NCBI GenBank assembly: GCA_951406725.2
Contig: OX597817.1
Coordinates: forward strand, 114,204,001 to 114,268,000
DNA length: 64,000 nucleotides
Direction: 5' to 3'
DNA from: Octopus vulgaris
Taxonomy: Eukaryota
How positions within the stretch are numbered: position 1 is the stretch's first letter; each line of letters starts with the position of its first letter. The translations under genes were made by a program, and so were the position numbers. Under the pieces are notes generated by a model. The model worked only from the letters and a program-made list of their open reading frames with translations. It had not been told where the DNA came from and made no database searches. Positions 1 to 14,159 of the stretch are shown piece by piece.

Positions 1-1
1 C

Positions 2-235
2 TTCTTCTTGGACTCCTTTCACAAAAGCCATGCTTCGAGATATTTTGGCTTTGAATTTCATTCTCACCCATCCTCTTAGTTTGTTCAACCACTCTAACAT
101 TCCATTTACTGCTTCTCTACTTTCTGATAATACAGTAACGTTGTCCATAAAAGCCCTTAACGATGTCTTTGTAACAGATTTCTCACAGTTTGTTTATCTT
201 AGTAACATCTCCATGACTAGCACAAATAATATGAC
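2..235 (-). pseudogene. Degenerate reverse transcriptase fragment of an RLE-type non-LTR retrotransposon (HERO-like); runs off the window edge
   Basis: Manual minus-strand translation: VILFVLVMEMLLR*TNCEKSVTKTSLRAFMDNVTVLSESREAVNGMLEWLNKLRGWVRMKFKAKISRSM. This resembles the 'LFVL.ME...RAFMDD...W.RMKFK..KSRS' RT region. One in-frame stop, and the catalytic DD reads DN. Confidence 0.65.
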
Positions 236-363
236 TAGAGCAGCAGGTGGGTGTGCGACTTCTGTTTGTGCTCATTAGGAACAGCTGAGCAAAAATACTG
301 CCTTTGTTTAAATTCTCCTGTGAACAAAAGACCTGTAATTTTAGTGGCTTCAGCTCTTTAGAC

Positions 364-563
364 CAGTGCTTTTCAAAAGTTTTGCTGGAGCGGAACCCCT
401 AGGAAACATTCCACTGGTTTGAGGAACCCCTGTGCAATAATTTAATAGTCTTATGCACACATATCTGCACAGGAGAATTAAAAATTACTGCCGATTTTAG
501 CAGTTTTGTAACTTCTTGCGGAACCCCTGCACTGTACTGGCGGACCCTGGTTGAAAACCACTG
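364..563. mobile_element. 200-bp hAT-type MITE with 8-bp TSD
   Basis: TIRs CAGTGCTTTTCAA / TTGAAAACCACTG (1 mismatch). Perfect 8-bp direct repeat CTTTAGAC at 356-363 and 564-571. Confidence 0.85.
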
Positions 564-1197
564 CTTTAGACATACAAGGCTGAGGGTCCAGTGACATGAA
601 AGCTACCATACTTGGAAAACCACGTATAGCTTGATGGCAGGAAGAATATCCAGCACTAGAAAATTTTCCCCGATACATTTCATCTAACCCAAGCAAGCAT
701 GGAAAAACCAGGTGTAAAAATGATGATGATGATGATGTAGTAGTAGTAGTAGTATTGCTACTAATATAAGAACAATTATAGGAATCACATTAATGCTATA
801 AGAAGAGTAATTGAAATATATAATGGTTCCAGTATAAAATCAAGAACAACAAAAAGGGAGAAAAAAAAAACTTTCGTGAGGGGAAAAGTTGACATATGTA
901 TTTCGTATTATAATAACTGCTAGAATTGTCTTCCAGTTGGTTTGGTCTAATTAACATAAGTTAACAAGTAGAAATTGCAATATATTTTCCATTGCTCACC
1001 TTAAAAACATTATACACATCCGGTTGTTGTTATGTAGATTTAAAATAAAATAAAGAAAACAAAAAAGAACCTTAATAAACAATGGAAGAAGGAAAAGAAC
1101 AAAATGTAACAAACAGATGAAGAATGTACAAGAAAAAAACTGAAGCAAAAATAGAAAACCTGAAAATATCACTTTGATAAATAGCTAACTTAAAACA

Positions 1198-1208
1198 TTA
1201 TATGTATG

Positions 1209-1259
<51 letters not shown>

Positions 1260-1580
1260 TCATGCACATATATACACGTGTATGTGTATATATATATATG
1301 TGTGTGTGTGTGTATATATATACATGTTTGTGTATACATACATATACACACACATGTTTATGTGTGTTTGTGTTTATATATCTATATGTATGTATGTGTA
1401 TAAAATATTTCCTGTATATATACATAAATATATATAAATATAAATAAATGTTTTTATATGTATGCATGTGTGTGTTTATATATTTGTACATATGATATAT
1501 ATTTTATTTATGTATATATGTATGTGTACACATATATGTATGTGCACACACACACACATATGTATTTTATATACATATAC

Positions 1581-1631
<51 letters not shown>

Positions 1632-1920
1632 AAATAAATATATAAACACACACATGCATACATATAAAAACATTTATTTATATTTATATATATTTAAGTA
1701 TATATACAGAAAATATTTTATACACATATTTTATATATTTTACATATATATATATATCTTTATAATATTTTCTGTATATATGATACATAAATGTATATAA
1801 ATATTTTTATATGTATGTATGTATGTGTGTAAACAGAGAACACGGTAATATTTTCAACATCTGTCATTTAATATATGATGTTTACTTGAAGAAATGATAA
1901 AATAGACAAATGTGAAGAGT

Positions 1921-1985
<65 letters not shown>

Positions 1986-2168
1986 GCGCATGCACACACA
2001 CACACACACACACACACTGTGAATGACTATAAATTGATGATTGACAAAAATAAATGAAAAACATGGTAATAAAGCAAAATAAGAAAAATAAAACAATAAC
2101 AATACTGAAAACATCAACAACATAAATAATAAAAGAGAAGTGAAGGAGATTGAGAAATAAACTGTAGA

Positions 2169-2215
<47 letters not shown>

Positions 2216-2260
2216 CTTATACATGTGCAGGCACGTGTGCATACACGCATCAATCTGTCA

Positions 2261-2317
<57 letters not shown>

Positions 2318-2340
2318 GAAAGAAAAAGAGAGAGAGAGGT
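1198..2340. repeat. Compound microsatellite field: (TA)n, (TG)n, (GA)n, (CA)n
   Basis: Directly visible; source of the [12 protein letters not shown] pseudo-ORFs. Confidence 0.95.
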
Positions 2341-2505
2341 GTATCTGTGTGTGTATTTGCTTGATTAAGAAGTTTGCTTTGTAACCTTGTAGTTTTGGGT
2401 TCAGTCACAGTGCACAGCGCTTTGGGCAATAGTCTTCTGCTGTAGCTCTGAGCTGACTAATATCGTGTGAGTGAATTTGATTGATGGAAACTGTGTAGAA
2501 GCCCA

Positions 2506-2540
<35 letters not shown>

Positions 2541-2702
2541 GGCACAGGTGTGGCTGTGTGGTAAGTAGCTTGCTTACCAACCACATGGTTCTGGGTTCAG
2601 TCCCACTGCATGACACCTTGGGCAAGTGTCTTCTACTATAGCCTCGGGCTGACCAAAGCTATGTGAGTGGATTTGGTAGACGGAAACTGAAAGAAGCCCG
2701 TT
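2541..2702 (+). mobile_element. tRNA-derived SINE family A, 5' half; the 3' half resumes at 5121-5330
   Basis: A-box-like TGGCTGTGTGG, B-box-like GGTTCAGTCCC and CORE-like CCTTGGGCAAGT; the same sequence recurs many times in the window. Confidence 0.8.
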
Positions 2703-2705
2703 GTA

Positions 2706-2754
<49 letters not shown>

Positions 2755-2759
<5 letters not shown>

Positions 2760-5120
2760 CAGTCCTCCTGTGCATACCTTCCTTCTTGTGACACTTATGA
2801 AGACCTGTTGAGGCAAGTGAAAATCAAATCAAAACAAATCAAAATAGATGAACATCAGTGGAATTGTATTCTTTGTGGTACCAGTGCCGGTGGCACACAA
2901 GAAAACCACCCAAACGTGGCCGTAGCCAGTACCGCATCGACTGGCCTCCGTGCTGTGGGCACAACAAACACCATCCGATCGTGGCCGTTCGCCAGCCTCA
3001 TCTGGCACCTGTGTCGGTGGCACATAAAGACACCATCCGAAGACCCGGCGACGTAGTCAGTCCACCTGTGCATACCTTCCCTCTTATGACACTTGTGAAG
3101 ACCTGTTGAGGCAAGTGTGTGACACTTGTGAAGACCTGTTGAGGCAGAGGCAAGTGTGTGACACTTGCGGAGACCTGTTGAGGCAAGTGTGTGACCCTTG
3201 TGAAGACCTGTTGAGGCAAGTGAAAATCAAATCAAATCAAACCAAATCAAAATAGATGAACATCAATGGAATTTGTATCTTTGTGGTTCCAGTACCGGTG
3301 GCACACAAGAAAACCATCCGAACGTGGCCGTAGCCAGTACCGCATCGACTGGCCTCCGTGCTGTGGGCACAACAAACACCATCTGATCGTGGCCGTTCGC
3401 CAGCCTCATCTGGCACCTGTGTCGGTGGCACATAAAAACACCATCCGAAGACCCGGCGACGTAGTCAGTCCACCTGTGCATACCTTCCCTCTTATGACAC
3501 TTGTGAAGACCTGTTGAGGCAAGTGTGTGACACTTGTGAAGACCTGTTGAGGCAGAGGCAAGTGTGTGACACGTGTGACACTTGTGAAGACCTGTTGAGG
3601 CAAGTGAAAATCAAAAAAAAAAAATCAAACCAAATCAAAATAGATGAACATCAATGGAATTTGTATCTTTGTGGTTCCAGTCACCGGTGGCACACAAGAA
3701 AACCATCCGATCGTGGCCGTTCGCCAGCCTCATCTGGCACCTGTGTCGGTGGCACATAAAAACACCATCCGAAGACCCGGCGACGTAGTCAGTCCACCTG
3801 TGCATACCTTCCTACTTATGACACTTGTGAAGACCTGTTGAGGCAAGTGTGTGACACTTGTGTAGACCTGTTGAGGCAAGTGAAAATCAAAAAATCAAAA
3901 TCAAAATCAAAATCAAAATCAAATCAAATCAAACCAAATCAAAATAGATGAACATCAATGGAATTTGTATCTTTGTGGTACCAGTACCGGTGGCACACAA
4001 GAAAACCATCCGAAAGTGGCCGTAGCCAGTACCGCATCGACTGGCCTCTGTGATGTGGGCACATAACAAACACCATCCGATCGTGGCCGTCCGCCAGCCT
4101 CATCTGGCACCTGTGTCGGTGGCACATAAAAACACCAACCGAAGACCAGGCAAGACTAGTCAGGCCATAACCCGTGGCCCCTACTTGGGACGTAGTCAGT
4201 CCACCTGTGCATACCTTCCTTCCTTCTTGTGACACTTGTGAAGACCTGTGAAGACCTGTTGAGGCAAGTGAAAATCAAATCAAATCAAATCAAAATAGAT
4301 GAACATCAATGGAATTTGTATCTTTGTGGTACCAGTGCCGGTGGCACACAAGAAAACCATCCGAACGTGGCCGTAGCCAGTACCGCATCGACTGGCCTCC
4401 GTGCTGTGGGCACGCAACAAACACCATCCGATCGTGGCCGTTCGCCAGCCCCATCTGGCACCTGTGTCGGTGGCACATAAAAACACCATCCGAAGACCCG
4501 GCAAGACTAGTCAGGCCATAACCCGTGGCCCCTACCTGGGACGTAGTCAGTCCACCTGTGCATACCTTCCTTCTTGTGACACTTGTGAAGACCTGTTGAG
4601 GCAAGTGAAAATCAAAAATCAAAAATCAAATCAAATCAAAATAGATGAACATCAATGGAATTTGTATCTTTGTGGTACCAGTGCCGGTGGCACACAAGAA
4701 AATCATCCGAACATGGCCGTAGCCATTACCGCATAGACTGGCCTCCGTAACAAACACCATCCGATTGTGGCCGTCCGCCAGCCTCATCTGGCACCTGTGT
4801 CGGTGGCACATTAAAAACACCATCCGAGCGTGGCCGTCTGCCAGCCTCGTCTGGCACCTGTGTCGGTGGCACATAAAAACACCATCCGAGCGTGGCCGTT
4901 CGCCAGCCTCGTCTGGCACCTGTGTCGGCGGCACATAAAATCACCCACTACACTCTCGGAGTGGTTGGCGTTAGGAAGGGCATCCAGCTGTAGAAACACT
5001 GCCAGATCTGACTGGCCTGGTGCAGCCTTCGGGCTCCCCAGACCCCAGTTGAACTGTCCAACCCATGCTAGCATGGAAAACGGACGCTAAATGATGATGA
5101 TGATGATGATGATGATGATG
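2755..5120 (+). repeat. Tandem array 1: six ~300-400-bp units ending in a SINE-like 3' tail with (GAT)n
   Basis: The unit marker ATAGATGAACATCA recurs at ~2844, 3251, 3639, 3943, 4294 and 4641. Units are separated by (AAATC)n. The terminal segment ...GGAAGGGCATCCAGCTGTAGAAAC...CCCATGCTAGCATGGAAAACGGACGCTAAAT(GAT)n is shared with monomeric SINE copies at 14160-14475 and 40141-40473. Confidence 0.9.
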
Positions 5121-5330
5121 TATGTGTGTGTATATGTTTGTGTGTCTGTGTTTGTCCCGCCAACATCGCTTGACAACCGATGCCGGTGTGTTTACGTCCC
5201 TGCCACTTAGCGGTTCGGCAAAAGAGACCGATAGAATAAGAACTAAGCTTACAAAGTCCTGGGCTCGACTAAAGGCGGTGCTCCAGCATGGCTGCAGTCA
5301 AATGACTGAAACTAATAAAAGAAAAGAGAA
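5121..5330 (+). mobile_element. SINE family A, 3' half
   Basis: TGTTTGTCCC...GACAACCGATG...GGTTCGGCAAAAGAGACCGATAGAATAAG...CTCCAGCATGG...ATGACTGAAAC; matches the reverse complement of the full copy at 12388-12792. Confidence 0.8.
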
Positions 5331-5626
5331 AAAAATATATGCATGTGTATATATATGATGTTGTGACTGTTTGTGTTTGCTCAGCACCATCATCACCACT
5401 GTTATCATCACTTGACAATTTGTTTCTGTAACTTTTGTTTTGGCAAAAGTGATTGACAGAACATGTACCAGACTTAAGTGATAAGTACTGTGTTCAATTT
5501 GTTCAACTAAACCCTTTAAGGCACTGCCCCAGCATGGGCACAACCCAATCTCTGAAGCAAGTATGTGATAAAGACATATGTATATATATATATATGTATA
5601 TGTGTGTATATGTTTGTGTGTCTGTG

Positions 5627-7021
5627 TTTCAAAAAGGAAACAAATCGCTTGCCGTGAATTACCGTCCAATCTCACTCACCTCTCATATCATTAAGGTATT
5701 TGAGAGAGTGCTGAGATCGCGTATGACTCACTTCCTTGAGAGTCATAATATGCTGAACTCCAACCAGCATGGATTCCGTAATGGAAGAGATTGCCTGATG
5801 CAGCTACTGCATCATTTTGATGACATTTTGAGAGCCTTGGGAGATGGTTCTAACACTGATATCATCTACCTTGATTTCAGCAAGGCCTTTGACAGGGTTG
5901 ATCATAAGATCCTTTTGAGAAAGCTGTCCAATATTGGTGTCACTGGAAAGCTGCTGCAGTGGATCAAGTGCTTCCTGTCTAACACAACCCAACATGTTCT
6001 AGTCAAAGGAGTCAAATCCAGCCCAGCCAAAGTCAGCAGTGGTGTCCCACAAGGCACTGTGTTGGGCCCACTTCTCTTCATCATCTACATAAATGATATT
6101 ACTGACACCATCAAACACAGTAACATCAGAACCTTCGCTGATGACTCCAAGCTCCAGAAGGTCATCAATGGCGTGGATGACCAAATAAGCCTTCAGTCAG
6201 ACCTACTGGCTGTTGTCCAATGGGCGGAAAAGAACAACATGTTGCTAAACGAAGACAAATTCGAACTGATCCACTTTGGAAGGGAGGACGCTCTGAAACT
6301 CCCATACTCCCTTCCTTCTGGAGAAATTCTCATGGCGTCCAACAACATCAGAGACTTGGGAGTAACAGTGGACAACAACATAAGCTGGGCTACACATATA
6401 AGCAGCAAAGTTGACATGGCCCACAGAATGTGTTCCTGGATTCTCAGAACCTTCCAGTCGAGAGATTCCCACACTATTATCCTTCTGTTCTCCACTTTTG
6501 CCCGACCCCACCTTGAATACCGCTGTCCACTGTGGTCTCCCTACACAAAACAAAATATTATGAGAATTGAAGCTCCCCAAAGGTCAATCACAAAAATGAT
6601 AGATGGCATGTCAGACCTTGACTACTGGGGTAGACTAGAGAAGCTGAAACTGTATTCACTCCAACGACGCCATGAACGCTACATTATCTGTATGATGTGG
6701 AAAATATTCCATCAGCACTGTCTGAATGATGTTGGCATCACCTTCAAAATACATCCAAGGCTTGGACCACGTGCCATCCGTCCACAACAAAAATCCAAAT
6801 CGCATCACATAACGACAATATGGCACAATTATTTCACCTCAATTGGACCCGCTCTCTTCAACATTACACCAGGACACGTCAAAACAGAAACTGACCACAC
6901 AAAATTCAAGAAGTCTTTGGACAAATTCCTTCAAACAGTCCCAGACAAACCACCCACACCCGGATATGTCTCCGCAAACAATAACTCTCTGCTCGAATGG
7001 GCTTCGGTGCCCAAATCCTGA
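5627..7021 (+). CDS. Reverse transcriptase and C-terminal region of a 5'-truncated CR1-group LINE ORF2 (464 open codons, no true start)
   Basis: Motifs NYRPISLTS, QHGFR, LDFSKAFD, GVPQGTVLGPLLFIIYIND, FADDSKL, RDLGV, RPHLEY and FKKSLDKFL. The first 58 aa of the listed ORF are SINE/microsatellite read-through. Confidence 0.92.
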   Translation, partial: FQKGNKSLAVNYRPISLTSHIIKVFERVLRSRMTHFLESHNMLNSNQHGFRNGRDCLMQLLHHFDDILRALGDGSNTDIIYLDFSKAFDRVDHKILLRKLSNIGVTGKLLQWIKCFLSNTTQHVLVKGVKSSPAKVSSGVPQGTVLGPLLFIIYINDITDTIKHSNIRTFADDSKLQKVINGVDDQISLQSDLLAVVQWAEKNNMLLNEDKFELIHFGREDALKLPYSLPSGEILMASNNIRDLGVTVDNNISWATHISSKVDMAHRMCSWILRTFQSRDSHTIILLFSTFARPHLEYRCPLWSPYTKQNIMRIEAPQRSITKMIDGMSDLDYWGRLEKLKLYSLQRRHERYIICMMWKIFHQHCLNDVGITFKIHPRLGPRAIRPQQKSKSHHITTIWHNYFTSIGPALFNITPGHVKTETDHTKFKKSLDKFLQTVPDKPPTPGYVSANNNSLLEWASVPKS

Positions 7022-7096
7022 ATTGAAAGACTTCGCCAGGTGGTGCTATTAAGTTAGACATGGCCTGGGCCAATACTGGCCAAAACCTTTCTAAGT
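5627..7096 (+). mobile_element. 5'-truncated CR1-group LINE with short 3' UTR abutting (TA)n
   Basis: RT ORF plus ~75 bp 3' UTR; endonuclease domain and ORF1 absent; no TSD found. Confidence 0.85.
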
Positions 7097-7134
<38 letters not shown>

Positions 7135-7222
7135 TATATATATATAGCCAAGGCTGTGTGGTAAGAAGCTTGATTGCCAACAACGACATGGTTTCAGGTT
7201 CAGTCCCACTGCTTGAAATGTA

Positions 7223-7268
<46 letters not shown>

Positions 7269-7456
7269 TACATACATGTATCTATAGATATGTGTATACA
7301 TACATATATATACACACATATACATACACATATATATACATGTGTATATATGTGTATGTGTGTGTATACATACATATACACACATATGTTAATGTGTGTT
7401 TGTGTGTAGATATCTATATGAATGTCCTCTCTTAACCTTGGGCTGACCAAAGCCCA

Positions 7457-7495
<39 letters not shown>

Positions 7496-7768
7496 ATATA
7501 TTAATATATATATTTATATATATACAAAACTGGTGCTGGTGTGTTTATATACCCGTAACAAACACTTTGGCAAAAGAGACTGATAGAATAAGTACTAGGC
7601 TTAAAAAATGTCCTGGGTGTTGATTTGTTCAACTAAAATCCTTCAAAGCAGTGCTACAGTATGGCGTCAATCAGATGACCGAAACAAGTAAGAGAATAAA
7701 AAAAATGAACAAAAGAATATATGTATGCATTTCTCAGCATATATACATTTCCTTACATACATATGCAT

Positions 7769-7805
<37 letters not shown>

Positions 7806-7832
7806 GTTCAATATATGTTATATGTGCATAAG

Positions 7833-7866
<34 letters not shown>

Positions 7867-7869
<3 letters not shown>

Positions 7870-8043
7870 AGAATTCACAAAAAAACAAAAGACGAAGACA
7901 CGTGGAGTAGACAATAAACAGATGTATTAGTATAATGCTCGGGAAGTGAAAAAGTCTTTAATGTTTCGAGCCTCCGCTCTTCCACAGAAAGGAACACAGA
8001 AAGAAACAAGGAGAGAAAATAAAGAATGTGTAGTGGCTAGTGA
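7867..8043 (-). mobile_element. Short PLE-terminal-repeat-like element with a hammerhead-like motif, inside (TA)n
   Basis: Minus strand reads CTTT-CTGTGGA-A-GAGC-GGAG-GCTC-GAAAC-ATT-AAAG; a second copy lies at 12795-12980. Confidence 0.6.
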
Positions 8044-8158
8044 TATATATTATACACATATAATATATGATATATATGTATGTATCTGTGTGTGTGTATG
8101 TATGTATGTATGTATGTATGTATGTATGTATGTATGTATGTATGTATATATTTATATT

Positions 8159-8195
<37 letters not shown>

Positions 8196-8417
8196 GTAAA
8201 TATATATATATATATGTATGTATGTATGTAAATATATATATATATATGTGTGTATATTTACACACTTGTGTGTGCATATGTGTATATAATTAGCTAGGTA
8301 ATTAAAATCACTGTGCTCACAGACACTCACGTGTATATACACACACACACACACGTGCACATGTGCTGAAAAATAGATATATAGATTGATAGATAGATAG
8401 ATAGATAGATAGATAGG

Positions 8418-8496
<79 letters not shown>

Positions 8497-8877
8497 ATAG
8501 AAAGAGAGAGAGAGAGAGAGTGTCTCATATTCACTCCAGTAATCAAAATATCATACAAGCCACATAGCCACCCATACTCCACAAAAAACAGAAACATTGA
8601 AACCAATATTTATCTAATATACATTAGTTTGTGTAAGTGTGGTTTTGAAGAGACTCTTCGTAATCTCATCTGAATTTTAAACAATACAAATTTTATTTAT
8701 TTATTTACATTTTCCATTCATATATGTTTATTATCAGAATTTATTTGTTAGTTTATTTATTAGTGTATTATTTATTTATTGTTATGAGAGTAGATGTAAT
8801 ATTAAGTATTTTTAATGGCAGAACAGAAATACAATATTGTAATGTTATATCAACACAAAAAAAATACAATATATATT

Positions 8878-8915
<38 letters not shown>

Positions 8916-8968
8916 TGTATGTATGTATGTATATGTGTGTGTCTGATGTGTGTATATTTAGGTTTTAA

Positions 8969-9009
<41 letters not shown>

Positions 9010-9404
9010 CACACACACACACACATATATATATATACATATACATACACACACATATATATACACATATATAGATATACATTGTTTGTATATGTATGTA
9101 TACATATAAAGTATATATAATGTATATATATGTGTTTTATATAATGCACACAGGCATATATAAATACACTTATAGGACAAACCTATACATATTGTAATTC
9201 ATACACAAATGCACACACACACATGTTATACATCGATATATATGTAGCGTATGTATTTACATCATGTTATACATTTATGTATATCATCTATTATATACAT
9301 ATAACATTTTATATCACATCTGTATGTATGAATACATCATCATCATCATTATCGTTTGTATAAATCTATAAATATATATATCAACACACTTTTATGCATA
9401 TATA

Positions 9405-9452
<48 letters not shown>

Positions 9453-10060
9453 GAAAACAAAAGAATGTACTTTTCTTTTATATTTTTTTGGTATTTTTAT
9501 TTGTCTCGATTGGCTTTATTGCTCTGAACCGCAGCAAAGATTGTTTGTACATCTATGGTGTAGAAGAACAGTAATAAATATATTTGTAAAATATTAAATA
9601 AATATGAAGGAAAAGGAACCAGATGGTCTCTGTTGTAAATATCCTTTGTCAACGGTTGAAGAATTCCTTTTTACAGCTTAATTATTTAGATTGTAGGTTG
9701 AGAAGAAAGAATTCTTCATACCCTCCTATCTAAATACATGTGCGTAAATGCATACATGCATATACATACTTGCACACACACACAAACACACACACACACA
9801 TACATGCACACACACACATGCAAACACGTTTGCACATACACACACTCACACTCTTTGCACATCACATATGTCTGTATATATAGCTACTCGTTAATGTTCT
9901 TAGGTGATAAATTTATGTTTATTATGCATTCTTGTATCCATGATTGTATATATGCATGTATTTGTGTATGCACATATACATACATGCATACATACATGTG
10001 TGTGTGTGAAAGAGTATGAGTGTGTGTATATATATATATATATCTGTGTTTTTATGTGTT

Positions 10061-10124
<64 letters not shown>

Positions 10125-11202
10125 TGTGCGTGCACAAACACACATACACACAAGCACACGCACATTACAGAAGTGTTTTTGTCTATGTATGTATGTTTGT
10201 ATTTCATAAGGCTTTAAAAAGATTCAAGATGCAATCACTTCATCGTTTAAACATATAGCTTATTGGCAATTTTTCCTTCTCCATTTTCATAGCAACAACA
10301 TTTAATGATGTATAATTAATTATTCCTTAATAACAATGCTTCTTTATATCAATGCAGCAATAACGATTTCTTTTGATTAGGGTCAAGGCTATTATTTTTG
10401 TAGGGGAGATGGGTTACTTCTTGTGTATTGTTTAACAGTGCAAGTGCTGTATTCTGTTGGCAACTTTTCTGCAAATGAAGAAACGGTACCTTCACCTTAA
10501 TGAAATTTGATCTCAGAAACATAATAAAATACATTTAGTTTAACCCTTTTGATATTGACGTGCCTGCGAGCACCCCTAGTTCTATGATATACAACCATTG
10601 GTTCTGAAGAGTTTTTATTGCAATTTAAGCCTTCGATCGTAATGTTATATGAGAACTGTTTATGAAATTATGTTTCAGACCTCAGCTTAATGGAGAAGTC
10701 TGTTATTCCACTAAATGTATTCGTAATATTCTTATTCTCAAAAATAACTGATGTTTTTCATTAAAATTATGGTCACAGAAAGGTTTTCCTGACCACATGG
10801 TTCCAGTTTTGGCCCCAATGTGTGACACTTTGGGCAAGTGTCTTCTACTATAGCCTCATGCTGACCAAAGCTTTGTGAGTGGATTTGGTTGATGGAAACT
10901 GAAAGAAGCTCATCAAAGTAGCTATATGTAATAAAAAGTTAAAAAAGGTGCTGGGTAGCACCTATATTGCTAGAAATAAGCATACATGAGAATGTGTTTT
11001 CTTGCAGCTCTAAGGGATTTTAACTGTTATTTCTAGAAATACAGGTACTACGCATCACCCTCAGTCACAATTAGTGGCAATTGAATTTTTCGGTTTTGGT
11101 TTTATATTGCATATATCTTATAATTGTTATCTTATAATTTTCACATTAACAATTTGCTGAAGCAGCCATAAATTCAAATGGTAAATATATATATATATAT
11201 AA

Positions 11203-12160
<958 letters not shown>

Positions 12161-12200
12161 TATTCAGGATTTAGCCGAACTATTCAGTGATGGAGTAGTC

Positions 12201-12242
12201 ACTACTGATGAGCTTGTAAATTTCAAGTGAAACTAGTCTATT
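12201..12242 (+). ncRNA. Minimal type I hammerhead ribozyme motif in a PLE-like remnant (12160-12372)
   Basis: ACTA-CTGATGA-GCTTG-taaattt-CAAGT-GAAAC-TA-GTC-TATT: intact core, 5-bp stem II (one G-U), palindromic stem III ACTAGT, GUC cleavage triplet, weak stem I. Confidence 0.7.
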
Positions 12243-12387
12243 ATAATGATCTAGTTTTGCTGTGGGCAGTTATCTCCCCTGTCAGTATATGAAAATGTGC
12301 TGTCTTGTGGTTTGAAGGGTTTTTAACACATGCTCCCTAGCACCCTCTGTCATTATCCGTGAAAATGGAATTATATATATATATATA

Positions 12388-12792
12388 CTCTCTTTTTCTC
12401 TTTTACTTATTTCAGTCATTTGACTGCGGCCATGCTGGAGCACCACCTTTAGTCGAACTAATCGACCCCAGGACTTATTCTTTGTAAGCCTAGCACTTAT
12501 TCTATCGGTCTCTTTTGCCGAACCGCTAAGTTATGGGGACGTAAACACACCAGCATCAGTTGTTAAGCAATGTTAGGGGGACAAACACAGACACACAAAC
12601 ATACATACATATATATATATACATATATACGATGGGCTTCTTTCAGTTTCTTTCTACCAAATCCACTCACAAGGCTTTGGTCGGCCTGAAGCGATAGTAG
12701 AAGACACTTGGCCAAGGTGCCACGCAGAGGGACTGAACCCAGAACTATGTGATTGGTAAGCAAGATACTTACCACACAGCCACTCCTGTGCC
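12388..12792 (-). mobile_element. Full-length SINE family A with internal (TA/TG)n
   Basis: Head and tail are both present around an internal microsatellite at ~12590-12630. Confidence 0.85.
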
Positions 12793-12794
12793 TT

Positions 12795-12976
12795 GGTAGC
12801 CACAACACACATTTTTTTCTCTTTTGTTTCACTCCCTGTTTCTTTCTCTGTTCCTTTCTGTGGAAGAGCGTAGGCTCAAAACGTTAAAGACTTTTTCAAT
12901 TCCCGAGTGTTATACTAATACATCTGTTTGTTTTCTACACCACTTGTCTTCGTCTTTTGTTTTTTTCGTGAATTCT

Positions 12977-12980
<4 letters not shown>
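12795..12980 (+). mobile_element. Second copy of the short hammerhead-like PLE-terminal element
   Basis: CTTT-CTGTGGA-A-GAGC-GTAG-GCTC-AAAAC-GTT-AAAG at ~12854-12889; ends at (TA)n. Confidence 0.6.
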
Positions 12981-13040
<60 letters not shown>

Positions 13041-13633
13041 TTATAATGTACGTGTGTGCATCTTTGTATCTGTGTGTCCTCCACCACCACTTGACGACAA
13101 GTCTTAGTGTGTTTATGTTCCTGTGACATAGTGGTTTGGCAAATGGGACTGATAAAAATATGTACTAGGCTTAAAAAAAAAGTACTAGGGTTGATTCTTT
13201 CAACTAGAGTTGTTCAACTTGGTGCCCCATCATGGCCACAGTCTAACGACTGAAACAAGTAAAAGACTAAAGATAAAAGGTATTGATTTCAGCTTGTGTA
13301 TGAATTGTGATATAGTGCTTTATTCAGTTCACTGGAAGTCACTGATGCTGCTAGCTTTTGATTCCTTGTTGAGTTATTGCTGTCTAGTCTCAGGTCAGTC
13401 TGATTGAGCTGATGTATGGATCAAAGGTAATCCAAATTTTGATTCGTAGAGCAGCTCACTGCTGTAAATGTCTAATATTCAGTGCTGCTGGGCCACTGCC
13501 TTCTCCAACTGTTTTGGGTGCTGTCCTACTGTGCAGCACCTTGCGAAAACATCATCTACTATAGCGTTGAGATGACCAACACTTTGTGAGTGAATATGGC
13601 TAACAGAAACTGTGCAACAGACTATCATATGTG

Positions 13634-13666
<33 letters not shown>

Positions 13667-14159
13667 ATGTGTGTCTGTGTTTGTACCCTATCATTGCTTG
13701 ACAACTGATGTTGGTGTATTTATGTCCCTCTAAGCTAGCGGTTTGGCAAAAGAGACTGAGAGAATAAGTATTAGGTTTATAAAGAATAAGTCCTGGGGTC
13801 AATTTGTTCGACTAAAGGCGGTGCTCCAGCATGGCCGCAGTCAAGTGACTGAAACAAATAAAAGAATAAAAGAATATATATATATGCTCACACACATACA
13901 TACATGTATGTATATATGGACACACACATAAATCCATGTATGTATATATGTGGTGTGTGTCTTTGCGTTATGTTGTCCTCCCACCACTTAACAACCAGTA
14001 TTGGTTTGTTTACCATTGTAGAACCAAGAATAATGACAAGCCAACAAGGGACTGTTAACTTGCTAAAATTTGCTGTTTAGATCACACTTGACTGCCTTAA
14101 AAACGAACTCATTCGATAATTTATTTCAGATATAGTGTTGATACACTGTATCTGAAATA

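Noticed and set aside
3085-3220. 33-bp direct repeats resembling a CRISPR array
   Set aside because: The repeats are contiguous with no unique spacers, there are no cas genes, and the context is eukaryotic.
4490-4610. Possible ribozyme in the array unit (CTGACTA, GC-rich hairpins)
   Set aside because: No CTGANGA/GAAA pair and no HDV or twister topology could be built by eye.
2829-5090. Recurring ORFs in the tandem arrays (MPPTQVPDEAG..., MEFVSLWYQC...)
   Set aside because: Frames differ between units because of indels; noncoding repeat.
5453-5626. N-terminal 58 aa of the 522-aa ORF
   Set aside because: Derived from an upstream SINE remnant and microsatellite, with a non-ATG start; not part of the LINE protein.
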